From Thermoplasmata archaeon (lineage in GTDB: Archaea > Thermoplasmatota > Thermoplasmata > Lutacidiplasmatales > UBA184), in contig DASWZL010000107.1 of NCBI GenBank assembly GCA_036404475.1, positions 77,001 through 141,000 on the forward strand: DNA of 64,000 nucleotides, read 5' to 3'. This document shows, one piece after another, positions 17,283 to 27,399 of this stretch. The stretch's first letter is position 1; the number at the start of each line of letters is the position of its first letter. A program made the position numbers and the translations under genes. The notes under the pieces are model-generated. The model did no database searches and was not told where the DNA came from. It saw only the letters and a list, made by a program, of their open reading frames with translations.

Positions 17283-18227
17283 TCACACCTCGACCACGGT
17301 CTTCCCGTGCGCACGGCCGGCCCTCAGTTCCGCGAGCGCGGCCGGCGCCTCCGGAAGGCGGACCCGGCGCTCGAGGGGAACCTTGAGGTGGTGGTCCACG
17401 ACGTCCTTCGCCAAGCGGTCGAGAAGCAGCGTCGTGGGTTGGAGGTCCACATTGACCCCACGAACGCCCGCCCGTTCCAACGACCGAACGTCGGCCGAGA
17501 ACATCGTGGTGGTCGCCGCGCCCCCCCGGCGGACGATCGTGGCCCACCGCGCGAAGGTTGGACGGTCGCTCATGGCATCGAGGAGACCATCCAACCCCGA
17601 GGGGTGCGTCCGCGCGACGGCGGCGTGCGGGTCTTCGCCGGACGGGTCGACGACCTCCTCGGCCCCCAGAGAGCGGAGGCGAGCGGCCGAACTCGCCCGG
17701 GCGACCGCCGTGACATGGATGCCGCTGGCCGCCGCCAGTTCCGTTGCGAACGACCCGACTCCCCCGGAAGCGCCGACGATGACCAAGGACGCCCCGGGCG
17801 GAAGGGCGAGAAAGTCGAGGCTGGCGAGCGCGGTCATCCCAGCGGTGGGGAGGGCTGCCGCTTCCTCGGATTTCATCCCATTCGGGACCCGGGTGACTCC
17901 GATCCCTTCGGGAGCGGGCACGAACTCCGCATAGGTGCCCGTGCCGATCGGGTCGTGGAGGAACTGGCCGAAGATCCGGTCGCCGACTCGAAACCGCTCC
18001 ACCGCGGGGCCGACGGCTTCCACGGTCCCCGCGGCGTCCACTCCGAGCACGAGGGGGAACACGTGGGGGCGATTCCCCTCGAAGATCCCATCCGCGATCT
18101 TCCAGTCCAGAGGGTTGACCCCGGCATATTCCACGCGGACGAGCATCTCCGCCCGGCTCACGGCCGGCGAGGGGAGGTCCATCAGTTCGGGAGGCGTGCG
18201 GAATCGGGAGACGGCCACCGCCCGCAT
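17283..18227 (-). CDS. NADPH:quinone oxidoreductase / zinc-type alcohol-dehydrogenase-like (MDR) protein
   Basis: GroES-like N-terminal domain ('VEYAGVNPLDWKIADG', 'PLVLGVDAAGTVEAVG') and a Rossmann 'LVIVGASGGVGSFATELA' motif. Confidence 0.8.
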   Translation of the reverse strand: MRAVAVSRFRTPPELMDLPSPAVSRAEMLVRVEYAGVNPLDWKIADGIFEGNRPHVFPLVLGVDAAGTVEAVGPAVERFRVGDRIFGQFLHDPIGTGTYAEFVPAPEGIGVTRVPNGMKSEEAAALPTAGMTALASLDFLALPPGASLVIVGASGGVGSFATELAAASGIHVTAVARASSAARLRSLGAEEVVDPSGEDPHAAVARTHPSGLDGLLDAMSDRPTFARWATIVRRGGAATTTMFSADVRSLERAGVRGVNVDLQPTTLLLDRLAKDVVDHHLKVPLERRVRLPEAPAALAELRAGRAHGKTVVEV

Positions 18228-18331
18228 GTCGGACGAAAGTCGCCGCGGGTCATCAAGGAATCCGTAGCCGTCCGAGCCGTGTCACGGAAGGCTAAGTACG
18301 CTCCCCGCTCTCCCGACTCTCTCGAGCGGCC

Positions 18332-18802
18332 ATGGGGATGGACCAGGACTTCCCGATCACGGGGACCCAGGTGAAGGTCCTCCTCGTCGGCTTGTTGGTC
18401 ATGGGTGCATTTGGTGCCGCCCTGTTCGGGGGCACGATCCCGGGGCTGAAGCCCAACTACTCTCAGCCCAACTTCCTCGTCGTAGGCGGGGAACCGTACT
18501 ACTTCACCACCCTTTCCCTGGCCATGCCCAACCTCTTCCTCAACTACACCCTCCCTCAGTCGTTCACGTTCCACAACGTGACGTTCGCGCTATGGGTCTC
18601 AGGTTGGGGTTTGTTCTCCGGTGGGCTGGTCCATGGGAACGGCACGGAAGCGGACGGGACCGTCTACGCCTTCGTCTTGGGCGAATCCACAACTCCGCCG
18701 GTGAATACCACGCTATTCCTATCGCCCGACCGGCTGTTTGCGGTCTACTGGCTGGGGGGCCTGCTGGGCGGGACCTCGGTGCGTCTCATGGTCCACGTTT
18801 GA
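18332..18802 (+). CDS. Hypothetical secreted or membrane-anchored protein (156 aa) with an N-terminal TM/signal helix and N-glycosylation sequons
   Basis: 'VKVLLVGLLVMGAFGAALFGG' hydrophobic helix; NYT, NVT, NGT and NTT sequons. Confidence 0.4.
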   Translation: MGMDQDFPITGTQVKVLLVGLLVMGAFGAALFGGTIPGLKPNYSQPNFLVVGGEPYYFTTLSLAMPNLFLNYTLPQSFTFHNVTFALWVSGWGLFSGGLVHGNGTEADGTVYAFVLGESTTPPVNTTLFLSPDRLFAVYWLGGLLGGTSVRLMVHV

Positions 18803-19146
18803 TCCGGAGCGCCGTCGACCGTGGTCGTGGCCGACCCCGAGGAAGGACCCAAGGTCCGCATCCCGCCCCGCTCCCGTGGGAATGCGGGATCACGTTCGGT
18901 GCAGGAACCGGCCCCCGGTCGACAGAGACTGGGGTTGGAGAAACATCTAATCCCGAGGCGGTCTAACGGGCACGGACGCAACTCCCGGGGGTTCGGACCT
19001 CACGGTGGTCGTCGGGAGGAGTCGAGATGCGGAAGGTGCGTGCGCGCTCGGTCGCGATGCCTCAACGTCGCCCCGCGTCCGGTCGGCGCACGGGAGTCGG
19101 CCGGCCGCGCGGGAACCGAGAGAAGCCCTCCCGGGACCACCGACGG

Positions 19147-19761
19147 ATGCACGAGGCGTCGTGGTCGCGCGCCGACGCGGTGGCCGTGCTCGATTCGCCC
19201 GAACGTCGCTCGAGCCAGGACCCGGACCGCCTCTGGCGCCGGGTGGGCCTGAAACCGGGCGAAACCGTCGTCGACGTGGGGGCCGGATCGGGCTACTACA
19301 CGTTTCCTGCGGCCGCCGTGGTCGGTCCGAGCGGTCGGGTGTACGCGGTCGATGTCTCCCCAGAGCTCGTAGAGATGGTCCGGGAGAGAGCGGCCAGCCG
19401 AAAGGTCCGGAACGTCGAACCCCTCCTTTCGACCCCGACTCGCATTCCCATCGAGGATGCGGTGGCCGACGTGGCGATCCTCGCGAACGTCCTCCACGGG
19501 ATCCCCTCGTCGACGGTGGACGAAGCGGTCCGTCTGCTCCGTCCCGGAGGGCGGCTCGTGGACGTCGATTGGAAGAAGGAGCCCACTCCCGAGGGGCCGG
19601 CTGTGGGGCATCGCCTCACCGTCCCGGAGGCCACGGCGGCGCTATCCGCCCACGGGTTGACCCCGGTCGATTCCTTCGAGCTCGGTCCGTACCATTACGT
19701 CCTGGTCTTCGAACGTCCCCGGCCTCCCCGACTTCCCGGCCATCTCGTCTCCGCGGAGTGA
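19147..19761 (+). CDS. Class I SAM-dependent methyltransferase
   Basis: 'VVDVGAGSGYYT' (motif I) and 'LRPGGRLV' (post-motif II). Start taken at the internal ATG. Confidence 0.7.
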   Translation: MHEASWSRADAVAVLDSPERRSSQDPDRLWRRVGLKPGETVVDVGAGSGYYTFPAAAVVGPSGRVYAVDVSPELVEMVRERAASRKVRNVEPLLSTPTRIPIEDAVADVAILANVLHGIPSSTVDEAVRLLRPGGRLVDVDWKKEPTPEGPAVGHRLTVPEATAALSAHGLTPVDSFELGPYHYVLVFERPRPPRLPGHLVSAE

Positions 19762-19825
19762 GCGGACTCGCCATGTCACCTCGGCTTGACGCCTCGTTCT
19801 TCCGAGCCGAGATCTAGGTGGGGCG

Positions 19826-20248
19826 ATGCAAGCGGTCGCGACGTGGAGGAAGGGGCACGAGATCCTCCTCGAGGACGGCCGCACGCATTCGGTGGTCGTC
19901 GACCTCTCCCCCGACGAAGGGGGGACGAGCGCCGGAACTACCCCCCTCGAGCTTTCGCTGCTCGCGCTCGCCGGGAGCCTCGCTTCGACGTTCGTCGCGC
20001 TCGCGAGGAAGCGACACTTGGACTTCTCGGGGCTCACCCTGGTCCTCGAGGGCGACGCGCCGTCCCCGCCGGTGGCCATCGGAGGGGTCCACGGGACCCT
20101 GCGGTTGCGTAGCCACGCGGACCGAAGCGAGGTGGAAACGACCTTGCGCGACTCCCTCGAACTCTGCCCCGTCGGACGGATCTTCCGCGAAGCGCACGTG
20201 CCGGTCAACGTGATCGCGGTCGTCGCACCGTCGGTGCGCTCCCCCTAG
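19826..20248 (+). CDS. OsmC/Ohr family peroxiredoxin-like protein
   Basis: 140 aa with the OsmC-like pattern ('PLELSLLALAGSLASTFVALARKR', 'SLELCPVGRIF' carrying the second conserved Cys). Confidence 0.75.
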   Translation: MQAVATWRKGHEILLEDGRTHSVVVDLSPDEGGTSAGTTPLELSLLALAGSLASTFVALARKRHLDFSGLTLVLEGDAPSPPVAIGGVHGTLRLRSHADRSEVETTLRDSLELCPVGRIFREAHVPVNVIAVVAPSVRSP

Positions 20249-20285
20249 GACCCGCGGACCTTCCCGACCCTTACCGGGTCGAGGT

Positions 20286-20747
20286 TCACGAATGGACGAG
20301 AGCCCGCACCAGGTCGTTCCGGGTGACGATGCCGACGAGGCGGTCTCCCCGCACCACCGGGATGCGGTTGATCTCGTTCTCGCGCATCATCTCAGCCGCG
20401 AGTTCGAGTGACGCGTCGGAGGCGATGGAAATCGGTGGGCTCGACATCGCGTCCCGGACGTTCGTTTCCTCGAGGATCCGACGGAGGACCTGGACGCTGA
20501 CCCCGGTCTCCTCCGAGAGACCGAACATCAGCAGGTCGAAGAGTCCGGTCACCTCGGGAATGCCGCCCGCGCTCTTCAGGGTCCGGGCGACGTCCCGCTG
20601 GCTGAGGACCCCCACGAGCGTCCCCACCTCGTCCAGGACCGGGAGCCCGGAGACTTTCTGTCCCCTCATGAGGACGAGCGCGTCCAGGAGCGTCGCGTCG
20701 GGCCCGACCGTGACCGGGTGTCGGCTCATCACATCACGAACGTCCAC
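20286..20747 (-). CDS. CBS domain pair protein
   Basis: Two CBS repeats ('VRDVMSRHPVTVGPDATLLDALVLM...SGLPVLD' and 'VRDAMSSPPISIASDASLELAAEMMRENEINRIPVV'). GTG start at 20747 chosen; the upstream ORF is Ser/Arg-rich. Confidence 0.75.
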   Translation of the reverse strand: MDVRDVMSRHPVTVGPDATLLDALVLMRGQKVSGLPVLDEVGTLVGVLSQRDVARTLKSAGGIPEVTGLFDLLMFGLSEETGVSVQVLRRILEETNVRDAMSSPPISIASDASLELAAEMMRENEINRIPVVRGDRLVGIVTRNDLVRALVHS

Positions 20748-21054
20748 ATTGATGGGGAACGAACGGGCGGAAGGGGCGCGGGAGCGGCTCGGGGAACGCC
20801 CGCGGGACGGGGGCGTCTTGCCCGTCGAACCAGCGGGAGAAGGCATGGGGAATACTATCCGTCGGAGGGGTATTTAGGAGATACCCTTCGTGGGAGGGGG
20901 ATAGTCGGCCCTGTCGTGCGTGGCTGGCGAGGTCCGGTCGATAGGGCCCGCCCACTCTTCGGCCTGATCGTCCCCGGTCTCTCGGAAAGGGCACGGCTCG
21001 CGGACCTCCGGCGGACGGTCGATGGCGGCGGCACGGGCCGAAAGGGCCCCCGGG

Positions 21055-21735
21055 TCAGCGGGCGGGGGCCGCCGACGGCGTCCGCGACCGTTCAAGCAAC
21101 CCTCGGACCTCCTCATCGCTCACCTGAGCGAACCGGTGATACCATTCCCCGACGGCGAAGAACGTAGCGGGGACCAGGAGCACCACGAGGTCATCGACCT
21201 CGGGTCGGAGGATGTCCACGGTGTCGGGCGGGGCGACCCCCAGCGCGAGTACGATCTGGCGAGGCTCGCGAGCCCGCACCGCCTGAAGGGCCGCGAGGAC
21301 CGTTCCTCCCGTGGCGACCCCGTCGTCGACCAGGATGACCGTACGGTTCCGGAGGTCGACCGGAGGGTGCCCGGCGCGGTACTCGCGGGCCCGGCGGTCG
21401 ACTTCGGCCGCCTCGCGGGCGATTGTGGGACCTAGGTCCCGTACCGTGTGACCGGCGGCGCGAATCCGTGGCTCGTCCAGGAAGCGAGTGCCCCCCTCGA
21501 CCACCGCACCGAGCCCGTACTCCGGGTTCGTCGGGGCCCCTACCTTCCGCACGATCAGGACGTCAAGCGGCGCCCCGAGACGGACAGCGATCTCGAACGC
21601 GACCGGTACGCCGCCGCGGGGAAGCGCGAGCACGACGGGGTCCTGGTCCCGGTAGGAAAGTAGGCGCTCGGCGAGGCGCTCTCCGGCCGTGCGACGGTCC
21701 GGGAGAGGCACTGGCGGGCCCTCCGTCTCGGTCAT
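21055..21735 (-). CDS. Phosphoribosyltransferase-domain protein
   Basis: 'VILVDDGVATGGTVLAAL' is a PRPP-binding loop, and the N-terminus carries 'VVLALPRGGVPVA'. Confidence 0.7.
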   Translation of the reverse strand: MTETEGPPVPLPDRRTAGERLAERLLSYRDQDPVVLALPRGGVPVAFEIAVRLGAPLDVLIVRKVGAPTNPEYGLGAVVEGGTRFLDEPRIRAAGHTVRDLGPTIAREAAEVDRRAREYRAGHPPVDLRNRTVILVDDGVATGGTVLAALQAVRAREPRQIVLALGVAPPDTVDILRPEVDDLVVLLVPATFFAVGEWYHRFAQVSDEEVRGLLERSRTPSAAPAR

Positions 21736-21828
21736 GGCCCACTTCTCCGGTGCAGACCGCTGCTCCGATTAACCCCACGGTAGACCCGGGTTACCCACGG
21801 AGGAAAGGGAACGCCGGAGGCCTCGGGT

Positions 21829-22368
21829 TCAGATCGACTCCAGCTTCGACTCTCGGGCCATGAACCGATCGGCGTCCTCGGCCGCCGGGGGACCGGCGTC
21901 GACGGTCGGCCCAAGTCGCCGTCGGTCGATCTCGATCACTCGGTTGTGGAGCCACTCGAACTCGTGAAAGATGAGCGGGTCGTTCATCGCCTTCCTCAGG
22001 TCGCCGATCATGTCCACCGGGTTCCGCAGGGCCCAGTAGTACGCCGTGACCCAGCCTCCGAAGGCCTCCCAGACCAGGTCGTCGTGGAGCACCTTGCGAT
22101 GCGTGAGCGTTCCGACGAGCTCGAAGAATGTGATGACCTCGAGGTTCGAGATGTCCTGATGCGCTTGCTTGAGGATGCGTTCGCTCAAGTGTCGGCGGGC
22201 GGCCCGCATCCGCGGACTGTCGAACCGCTCCCTCAGGTTCATGACCGCGTTCGCCGAGTTCAGCTTCTGCGCCTGGAGGGTCTGCCAGAGCATCAACAGG
22301 AGAGTGCCCACGACGAGGACCCAGGTCCCGACGAGCGACCAGACGGCGATGTTGGTCCAATCGACCAT
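21829..22368 (-). CDS. Hypothetical protein with an N-terminal TM anchor
   Basis: 'IAVWSLVGTWVLVVGTLLLMLW', then a balanced soluble domain. No family recognised. Confidence 0.45.
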   Translation of the reverse strand: MVDWTNIAVWSLVGTWVLVVGTLLLMLWQTLQAQKLNSANAVMNLRERFDSPRMRAARRHLSERILKQAHQDISNLEVITFFELVGTLTHRKVLHDDLVWEAFGGWVTAYYWALRNPVDMIGDLRKAMNDPLIFHEFEWLHNRVIEIDRRRLGPTVDAGPPAAEDADRFMARESKLESI

Positions 22369-22665
22369 CGACCGACCGCTCCGACCTCCCCTGCGGCGGA
22401 CCCCTTCCCACGACCATGGCCAAGAGCTTTTGGGGTCCCCTCGACGGCTCGGTTAGAGAGCGGTCTGCGGTGCTGAGTCACCGGAGCCACCGCTCGGGCG
22501 TGTCGGAAGCCGTCGTCCGGCTCGTCTCCGCCGGCATTGGCCGGTTCCTGTCCTTCTCAGGAGGGGAAGCGTCCAGTTCGGCTCATCCGGGGTGCTCTGG
22601 CGTGGGTCCCCAGATTCCCGACCGCCTCGGACGCTTCCCGGGGGCGGACCGCAGCCGCCGCGGTC

Positions 22666-23217
22666 CTACGCGTCGCCGTATCGGGGGTTCCGCCCCGGAC
22701 GCTCATCGCGCGCGAACGCCGCCTCAGCCTCGGCTTGCTTGGCCTCCATCTCTTCGCGGGGCATCTTGACCCGGCTCGAGAGGGTCCAGTGGTGGCCGAA
22801 CGGGTCGATGAGTCGACCGTACCGCTCGCCCCAGTATTGGTTCTCGAGCGGCATGCTGACCTGGGCTCCCGCGGCTACGGCTCGGTCCCACAGGGCGTCG
22901 ACATTCTCCGAGTAGATGTGGAGGACCACGGTCGTGGTACCAATGGCGGAAGGGGCCGCCGTTTCGGAATCCGGGAAGACGTCCGAGAGGAAGATCATCG
23001 AGTCCCCGATCCGCATCTGGCCGTGGATGAGCTTCCCGTTCGGGGTGACGCGCTGGACGAGTTCGTGGGCGCCAAACGCCTTCTTGTAGAATTCGATGGC
23101 GGCAAGGCCTCCCGCTACCGAGAGGTACGCCGTCACTGTCCCGAATCCGGGCGGGATCGGAGTGGGGTTGTCGGGTGGCTTCGAACGAGCCTTGGCTTTC
23201 TGCTTCGAAGGAGGCAT
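22666..23217 (-). CDS. VOC family protein (glyoxalase/bleomycin-resistance fold, PhnB-like)
   Basis: 'GFGTVTAYLSVAGGLAAIEFYKKAFGA' and 'RYGRLIDPFGHHWTL'. Start taken at the internal ATG; the upstream ORF part is low-complexity. Confidence 0.7.
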   Translation of the reverse strand: MPPSKQKAKARSKPPDNPTPIPPGFGTVTAYLSVAGGLAAIEFYKKAFGAHELVQRVTPNGKLIHGQMRIGDSMIFLSDVFPDSETAAPSAIGTTTVVLHIYSENVDALWDRAVAAGAQVSMPLENQYWGERYGRLIDPFGHHWTLSSRVKMPREEMEAKQAEAEAAFARDERPGRNPRYGDA

Positions 23218-23321
23218 GGGGGTCCCTCGTGGGGACGGTGTACTCCTACATAAGTCTCCAAGCCCGGGGGTCCCGCGAGCTCCATCGGTTCGACCCGGGC
23301 CCGGGTCGTTCCGAACGAGGG

Positions 23322-23549
23322 CTAGCTGGAGTGCGCTTTGCGCGTGTGCTCCTGCAGCGCCGCCGTCGTGGTGAACCGCTGGCGGCATAGGGAGCATTTG
23401 ACGGTCCGGGGATGCACGGACTCCTCCGGGGCGTTCACCGCCGACGCGTGGGCCTCTTTGCGGTGGTCCTCGAGCGCGTCCTCGGAACGGAACGCGCGTC
23501 CGCAGTCCCGGCAGATCGCCTCGACCTCGTCGTACTCCACGTACGGCAT
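23322..23549 (-). CDS. Small C2H2-type double zinc-finger protein
   Basis: Two C-x2-C...H-x3-H units: 'CRDCGRAFRSEDALEDHRKEAH' and 'CSLCRQRFTTTAALQEHTRKAH'. Confidence 0.55.
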   Translation of the reverse strand: MPYVEYDEVEAICRDCGRAFRSEDALEDHRKEAHASAVNAPEESVHPRTVKCSLCRQRFTTTAALQEHTRKAHSS

Positions 23550-24257
23550 AATCTGCGAGATTCCACCCCTTCTCATGCGCCGGGAAGCGGCGGCCCCGGC
23601 GTGTGGGTCGGAGTACCCTAACGCACTCCTGCCTATGAAGGGAGAGGGAGCGGGCCTCCACGCCGAGGACCGACCTAGGCGTCGTTAGCCTCGGAGGGGG
23701 TCGACCAGCAAGCGGCCGCACGCCCCCGTCGCCCGCAGCTGGTTCGCCCGGCCGCAGCCACGCGATGTCGCCGTAGGTCCAGAGTTGGGCGTACCGTTCG
23801 TAGGGGGAGGCGCGCGCTCGGCCATGGACGTGGGTAAGGGGGACGCCCACAAAGAACCGAAGGGACGACTGCGTGCCCGGTCGGCCGGCGGTCCCTACCC
23901 CCGTGCTCGAGGGTCCAGACATAAGAGGGGTCTATCCCTTTGGGATGGGAAGGGGCTCGCTCGAAACCGTCGATGACCACACGCAACTCCGGGAAGCGGC
24001 GGTGGGGGACCCCGGACCTCGACCTGAGCTCGGGGCTCCGGTTCGCGCTCCGCCGTGAGGTCCAGTTGCCCGTGGACCCCGGACCGCGCGTAGCGGCGGC
24101 CGCCCATGCCGTTCTGGGTGAGGCCGGATTCGAACCCGTTCGAAGGTTGGGTCCCTCGGGGAGTTCGAACGGCGCTCCTCTCGTCGATGTGGGCGCCTGG
24201 GTAGGCGAGCGGGGGGTCCGACGGAGGGGGGGTACTGCTTCGACGGCCGTGGTCCCC

Positions 24258-24644
24258 ATGATCACCGTATTCGTCGCCGGGTGCATTCTGGGAGGGATCG
24301 ATGCCTACATCCTGGGCTCCCTGGTGGCCGGGCTGCTCTGGGCGCTCGCTGCGGCGGCGGTCTCCGGCGCCTTCTGGCTACGGTACGGGAGGATCTACGA
24401 CAGCGACCTCGCCATGGTCACGCGTTCGAATCCGCTCTCGGAATCGCCAGCTAGCCCGGGGTCGGTTTCCGTCGTATTCTGGGCCGCGCGCGTGCGGTCG
24501 CAGATCCATTCCGGCGTTCGAATCCCAATCATCGTGAGCGCCCCCATGCGACTGGCCACAGAGATAGGGGCCGTGTCACGAGAGTTTCAGCGAAGGATGT
24601 CGGAACCCGTGGGCGGGGAAAGCTCCCGAACGGTCCCGTCCTAG
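24258..24644 (+). CDS. Hypothetical small membrane protein (2 TM)
   Basis: 'ITVFVAGCILGGIDAYILGSLVAGLLWALAAAAVSGAFWL'. Weak call. Confidence 0.3.
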   Translation: MITVFVAGCILGGIDAYILGSLVAGLLWALAAAAVSGAFWLRYGRIYDSDLAMVTRSNPLSESPASPGSVSVVFWAARVRSQIHSGVRIPIIVSAPMRLATEIGAVSREFQRRMSEPVGGESSRTVPS

Positions 24645-25066
24645 GACCGCCGCGGGACGCGGGCTCGTCGGCGGGGGCGCGCGGGACCGAACGCCTCGAG
24701 GCAGACTCCGTTCGGGTCGTTGACGTACACGAGCCGGCTCTTTCCATCGACGAAGTCCTCGACGCTCTTCCCGCCGGCGCGCAAGGCCCTTCGGGACCAG
24801 GCGGCGACGTCCGAGACGTAGAAGCCGAAGTGATCGAACTCCGTACCTTTCCGGAACGGTTCGTAGAACCGGTTACCCTTCGGATAGAAGTTCAGCTCGA
24901 GCGCGTGACGGGAGCCGGGGAAGACCAGGTGGACCCACTGGCCTCCGTGTCCCATCCGACCCCTCGTCCGAACGCGGAACCCGAGGGCCCGGTAGAACGT
25001 GAGCGAACGACGAAGGTCTCGGACTCGGATCCCCGAGTAGAGGAACTGCACGGGACGGCGCGCCAT
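24641..25066 (-). CDS. VOC family protein (glyoxalase I-like)
   Basis: 'FLYSGIRVRDLRRSLTFYRALGF', 'HLELNFYP' and 'HFGFYVSDV' are typical of the beta-alpha-beta-beta-beta modules of this fold. Confidence 0.7.
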   Translation of the reverse strand: MARRPVQFLYSGIRVRDLRRSLTFYRALGFRVRTRGRMGHGGQWVHLVFPGSRHALELNFYPKGNRFYEPFRKGTEFDHFGFYVSDVAAWSRRALRAGGKSVEDFVDGKSRLVYVNDPNGVCLEAFGPARPRRRARVPRRS

Positions 25067-25216
25067 GGTCCCCGAGAGCGCCCTCGGCTTATCCCTTTGT
25101 CCGGGAGGATCCGGACCGGCTTCGACCGGTTTCCAAGCCGGCGAGGTCGCGTCGGCTCAAATACGGGAGGACGTTGCGGCCACCGCTCCTCGGTGCCCCG
25201 GCGGAGCAGGAACCTC

Positions 25217-27001
25217 GTGGTCGGTTCGGAACGGTCGGCAACGGAAGCCCTTCGGACCTATCTCGAGGAGGACTGGAAGCGTTGGCTCGTCGAGTACCCC
25301 GAGCTCGCTACCAGCTTCGGATTCCCGGGGCTCGACGACCGTTGGACGGACGATTCTCCGGCGGGGATCGAACGACGGAAGCGGCACCTCTTGGAAAGCG
25401 CCGCGTCCCTGCGGCGCCTCGATGCGAGCTCGCTCCCCGCGAAGGGACGGACGAGCTACGACCTCTACCGGGAGCTTCTCGAGGCCGCCGAGCGCGGTCT
25501 CCCGCTCGGACTCGACCCGTTGCCGTTCCATCTCGGAATGCCCCATAGCCTCCTCGTCCCCCTGAACCAGATGGAAGGAATCCATCTCACCGCTTCCGAC
25601 ACTCTCGATATCCAACCCCGGGAGCGCCTCTCCGACTACGAGAACATCCTGACCCGCCTGAACGCGCTCGCGGAGCCGGTCGAGCAGAACCTCGCCCTCC
25701 TCGAGGCCGGTCGCCAGCAGGGGTTCACTCCTCACCGGGTCGCGATCCGGGGCGCGCCCGACCAGGTCCGCGGACTGATCCCGACCGACCCGATGGCGAG
25801 TCCGCTCCTCCGGGCGTTCACCGAACTGCCCAGCCGTATCGGGGAGGCCGACCGCCAGCGACTGGTTGCCGCCGCGAAGGAGGCCTACTCGGACCGGATC
25901 GTCCCCGCGTTCGAGCGGCTCCACGAGTACCTGGTCTCGACGTACCTCCCTGCCTGTCGCGACACACCGGGCGCGTCGGCCCTTCCGAACGGGGCGGCCC
26001 TCTACGCTCACCTCGTGCGCTGGGAAACGACTACCGGACTGACCCCCCAGGAGATCCACGAGATCGGTCAGCGGGAGGTTCGACGGCTGCGCTCGGCGAT
26101 GGAAGAGCTGATCGCGAAGACCGGGTTCTCTGGGACGTTCTCCGAGTTCCTAAAGTTCCTGCGAACGGACGACCGATTCTTCTTTACGAATGCCGAAGCG
26201 CTGCTCGATGCCTACCGGGTCATCGCCAAGAAGACCGACCCCGGGTTGGCGCGGCTGTTCGGCCGGCTTCCCCGCCTCCCGTACGGAGTGCTGCCCGTCC
26301 CGGATTTCCGCGCGAAAAGCTCTCCGACCGCCTACTACATGTCCGGCGCGCCGGCCACCGGCCGCGCGGGAACCTTCTTCGCGAACACCTTCGATCTCCA
26401 CTCCCGCCCTCGGTGGGAGATGGAGGCCCTCTGCCTGCACGAGGCGGTCCCCGGCCACCACCTCCAGATCACGTTGGCCCAGGAGGTCGAGGACCTCCCC
26501 GATTTCCGGCGCTTCACTGGGCCCACGGCGTTCGTCGAAGGGTGGGGACTGTACGCGGAGAGCCTCGGAGAGGAGCTCGGCCACTACCACGACCCGTACT
26601 CGAAGATGGGCCAGTACACGTACGACATGTGGCGCTCGATCCGCCTGGTCGTCGATACGGGAATCCACGCGCTCGGTTGGACGCGGGACGACGCGATCCG
26701 CTTCTTCCGGGAGAACGCCGGCAAGAGCGAGGTCGATATCGCCGTCGAGGTCGACCGGTACATCGTCTGGCCGGCCCAGGCGCTGGCCTACAAGGTCGGA
26801 CAGCTCAAGATCCGCGAGCTACGAACGTATGCGGAGCAAGCGCTCGGGGACCGATTCGACACCCGAGCGTTCCACGACTGCGTGCTCGAGGAAGGGGCCA
26901 TCCCGCTCGGGATGCTCGAGTCGCGGGTGAAGCAGTGGGTCGCCGCCCGAGCGGCGCCGCCCGGCGTGCCGGCCACGTCCGCGGGCGCGCCTCATCGTTG
27001 A
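25217..27001 (+). CDS. DUF885 family protein (putative metallopeptidase-like)
   Basis: 'HEAVPGHHLQ' is the HExxPGHH signature of DUF885, alongside 'GWGLYAE' and 'QALAYKVGQLKIRELR'. GTG start at 25217 chosen to avoid overlapping the convergent VOC gene. Confidence 0.75.
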   Translation: MVGSERSATEALRTYLEEDWKRWLVEYPELATSFGFPGLDDRWTDDSPAGIERRKRHLLESAASLRRLDASSLPAKGRTSYDLYRELLEAAERGLPLGLDPLPFHLGMPHSLLVPLNQMEGIHLTASDTLDIQPRERLSDYENILTRLNALAEPVEQNLALLEAGRQQGFTPHRVAIRGAPDQVRGLIPTDPMASPLLRAFTELPSRIGEADRQRLVAAAKEAYSDRIVPAFERLHEYLVSTYLPACRDTPGASALPNGAALYAHLVRWETTTGLTPQEIHEIGQREVRRLRSAMEELIAKTGFSGTFSEFLKFLRTDDRFFFTNAEALLDAYRVIAKKTDPGLARLFGRLPRLPYGVLPVPDFRAKSSPTAYYMSGAPATGRAGTFFANTFDLHSRPRWEMEALCLHEAVPGHHLQITLAQEVEDLPDFRRFTGPTAFVEGWGLYAESLGEELGHYHDPYSKMGQYTYDMWRSIRLVVDTGIHALGWTRDDAIRFFRENAGKSEVDIAVEVDRYIVWPAQALAYKVGQLKIRELRTYAEQALGDRFDTRAFHDCVLEEGAIPLGMLESRVKQWVAARAAPPGVPATSAGAPHR

Positions 27002-27010
27002 GGCGCCCTC

Positions 27011-27367
27011 ATGGAGTTCGACCGATGGACGGTGCTCTTCCTGCTGCGTCGGGAAGATGCGCCCGAGCTCGACGAGGCGACGAGCGACGCGGTCCAGGAC
27101 GCTCACCTCGCCTACCTCGCGGCGCTGCATGCCGACGGGAGACTCCTCGCGGCCGGGCCCGTTCAAGGGCCGGCCGGCACGAAGGTGGCGGGGGTTTGCA
27201 TCTTCCGAGGGGAGGTCGAGGAGGTCCGTTCCCTCGGCGAAGCTGACCCCGCCGTTCGGGCGGGGCGGTTTCGCATCGACGTCGTCTCGTGGTCCGTGCC
27301 CCACGGTACCATCGCGTTCGCGCCCGCCCGGTTCCCTCGTTCGATGGCCGACGTCGACGCGACTTGA
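27011..27367 (+). CDS. YciI-like (YCII-related) protein
   Basis: 118 aa. 'WTVLFLLRRED...AHLAYLAALHADGRLLAAGPV' fits the YCII domain pattern. Confidence 0.65.
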   Translation: MEFDRWTVLFLLRREDAPELDEATSDAVQDAHLAYLAALHADGRLLAAGPVQGPAGTKVAGVCIFRGEVEEVRSLGEADPAVRAGRFRIDVVSWSVPHGTIAFAPARFPRSMADVDAT

Positions 27368-27399
27368 GGGAACGCGGGGCCGGGTCCTCCCCGATACAA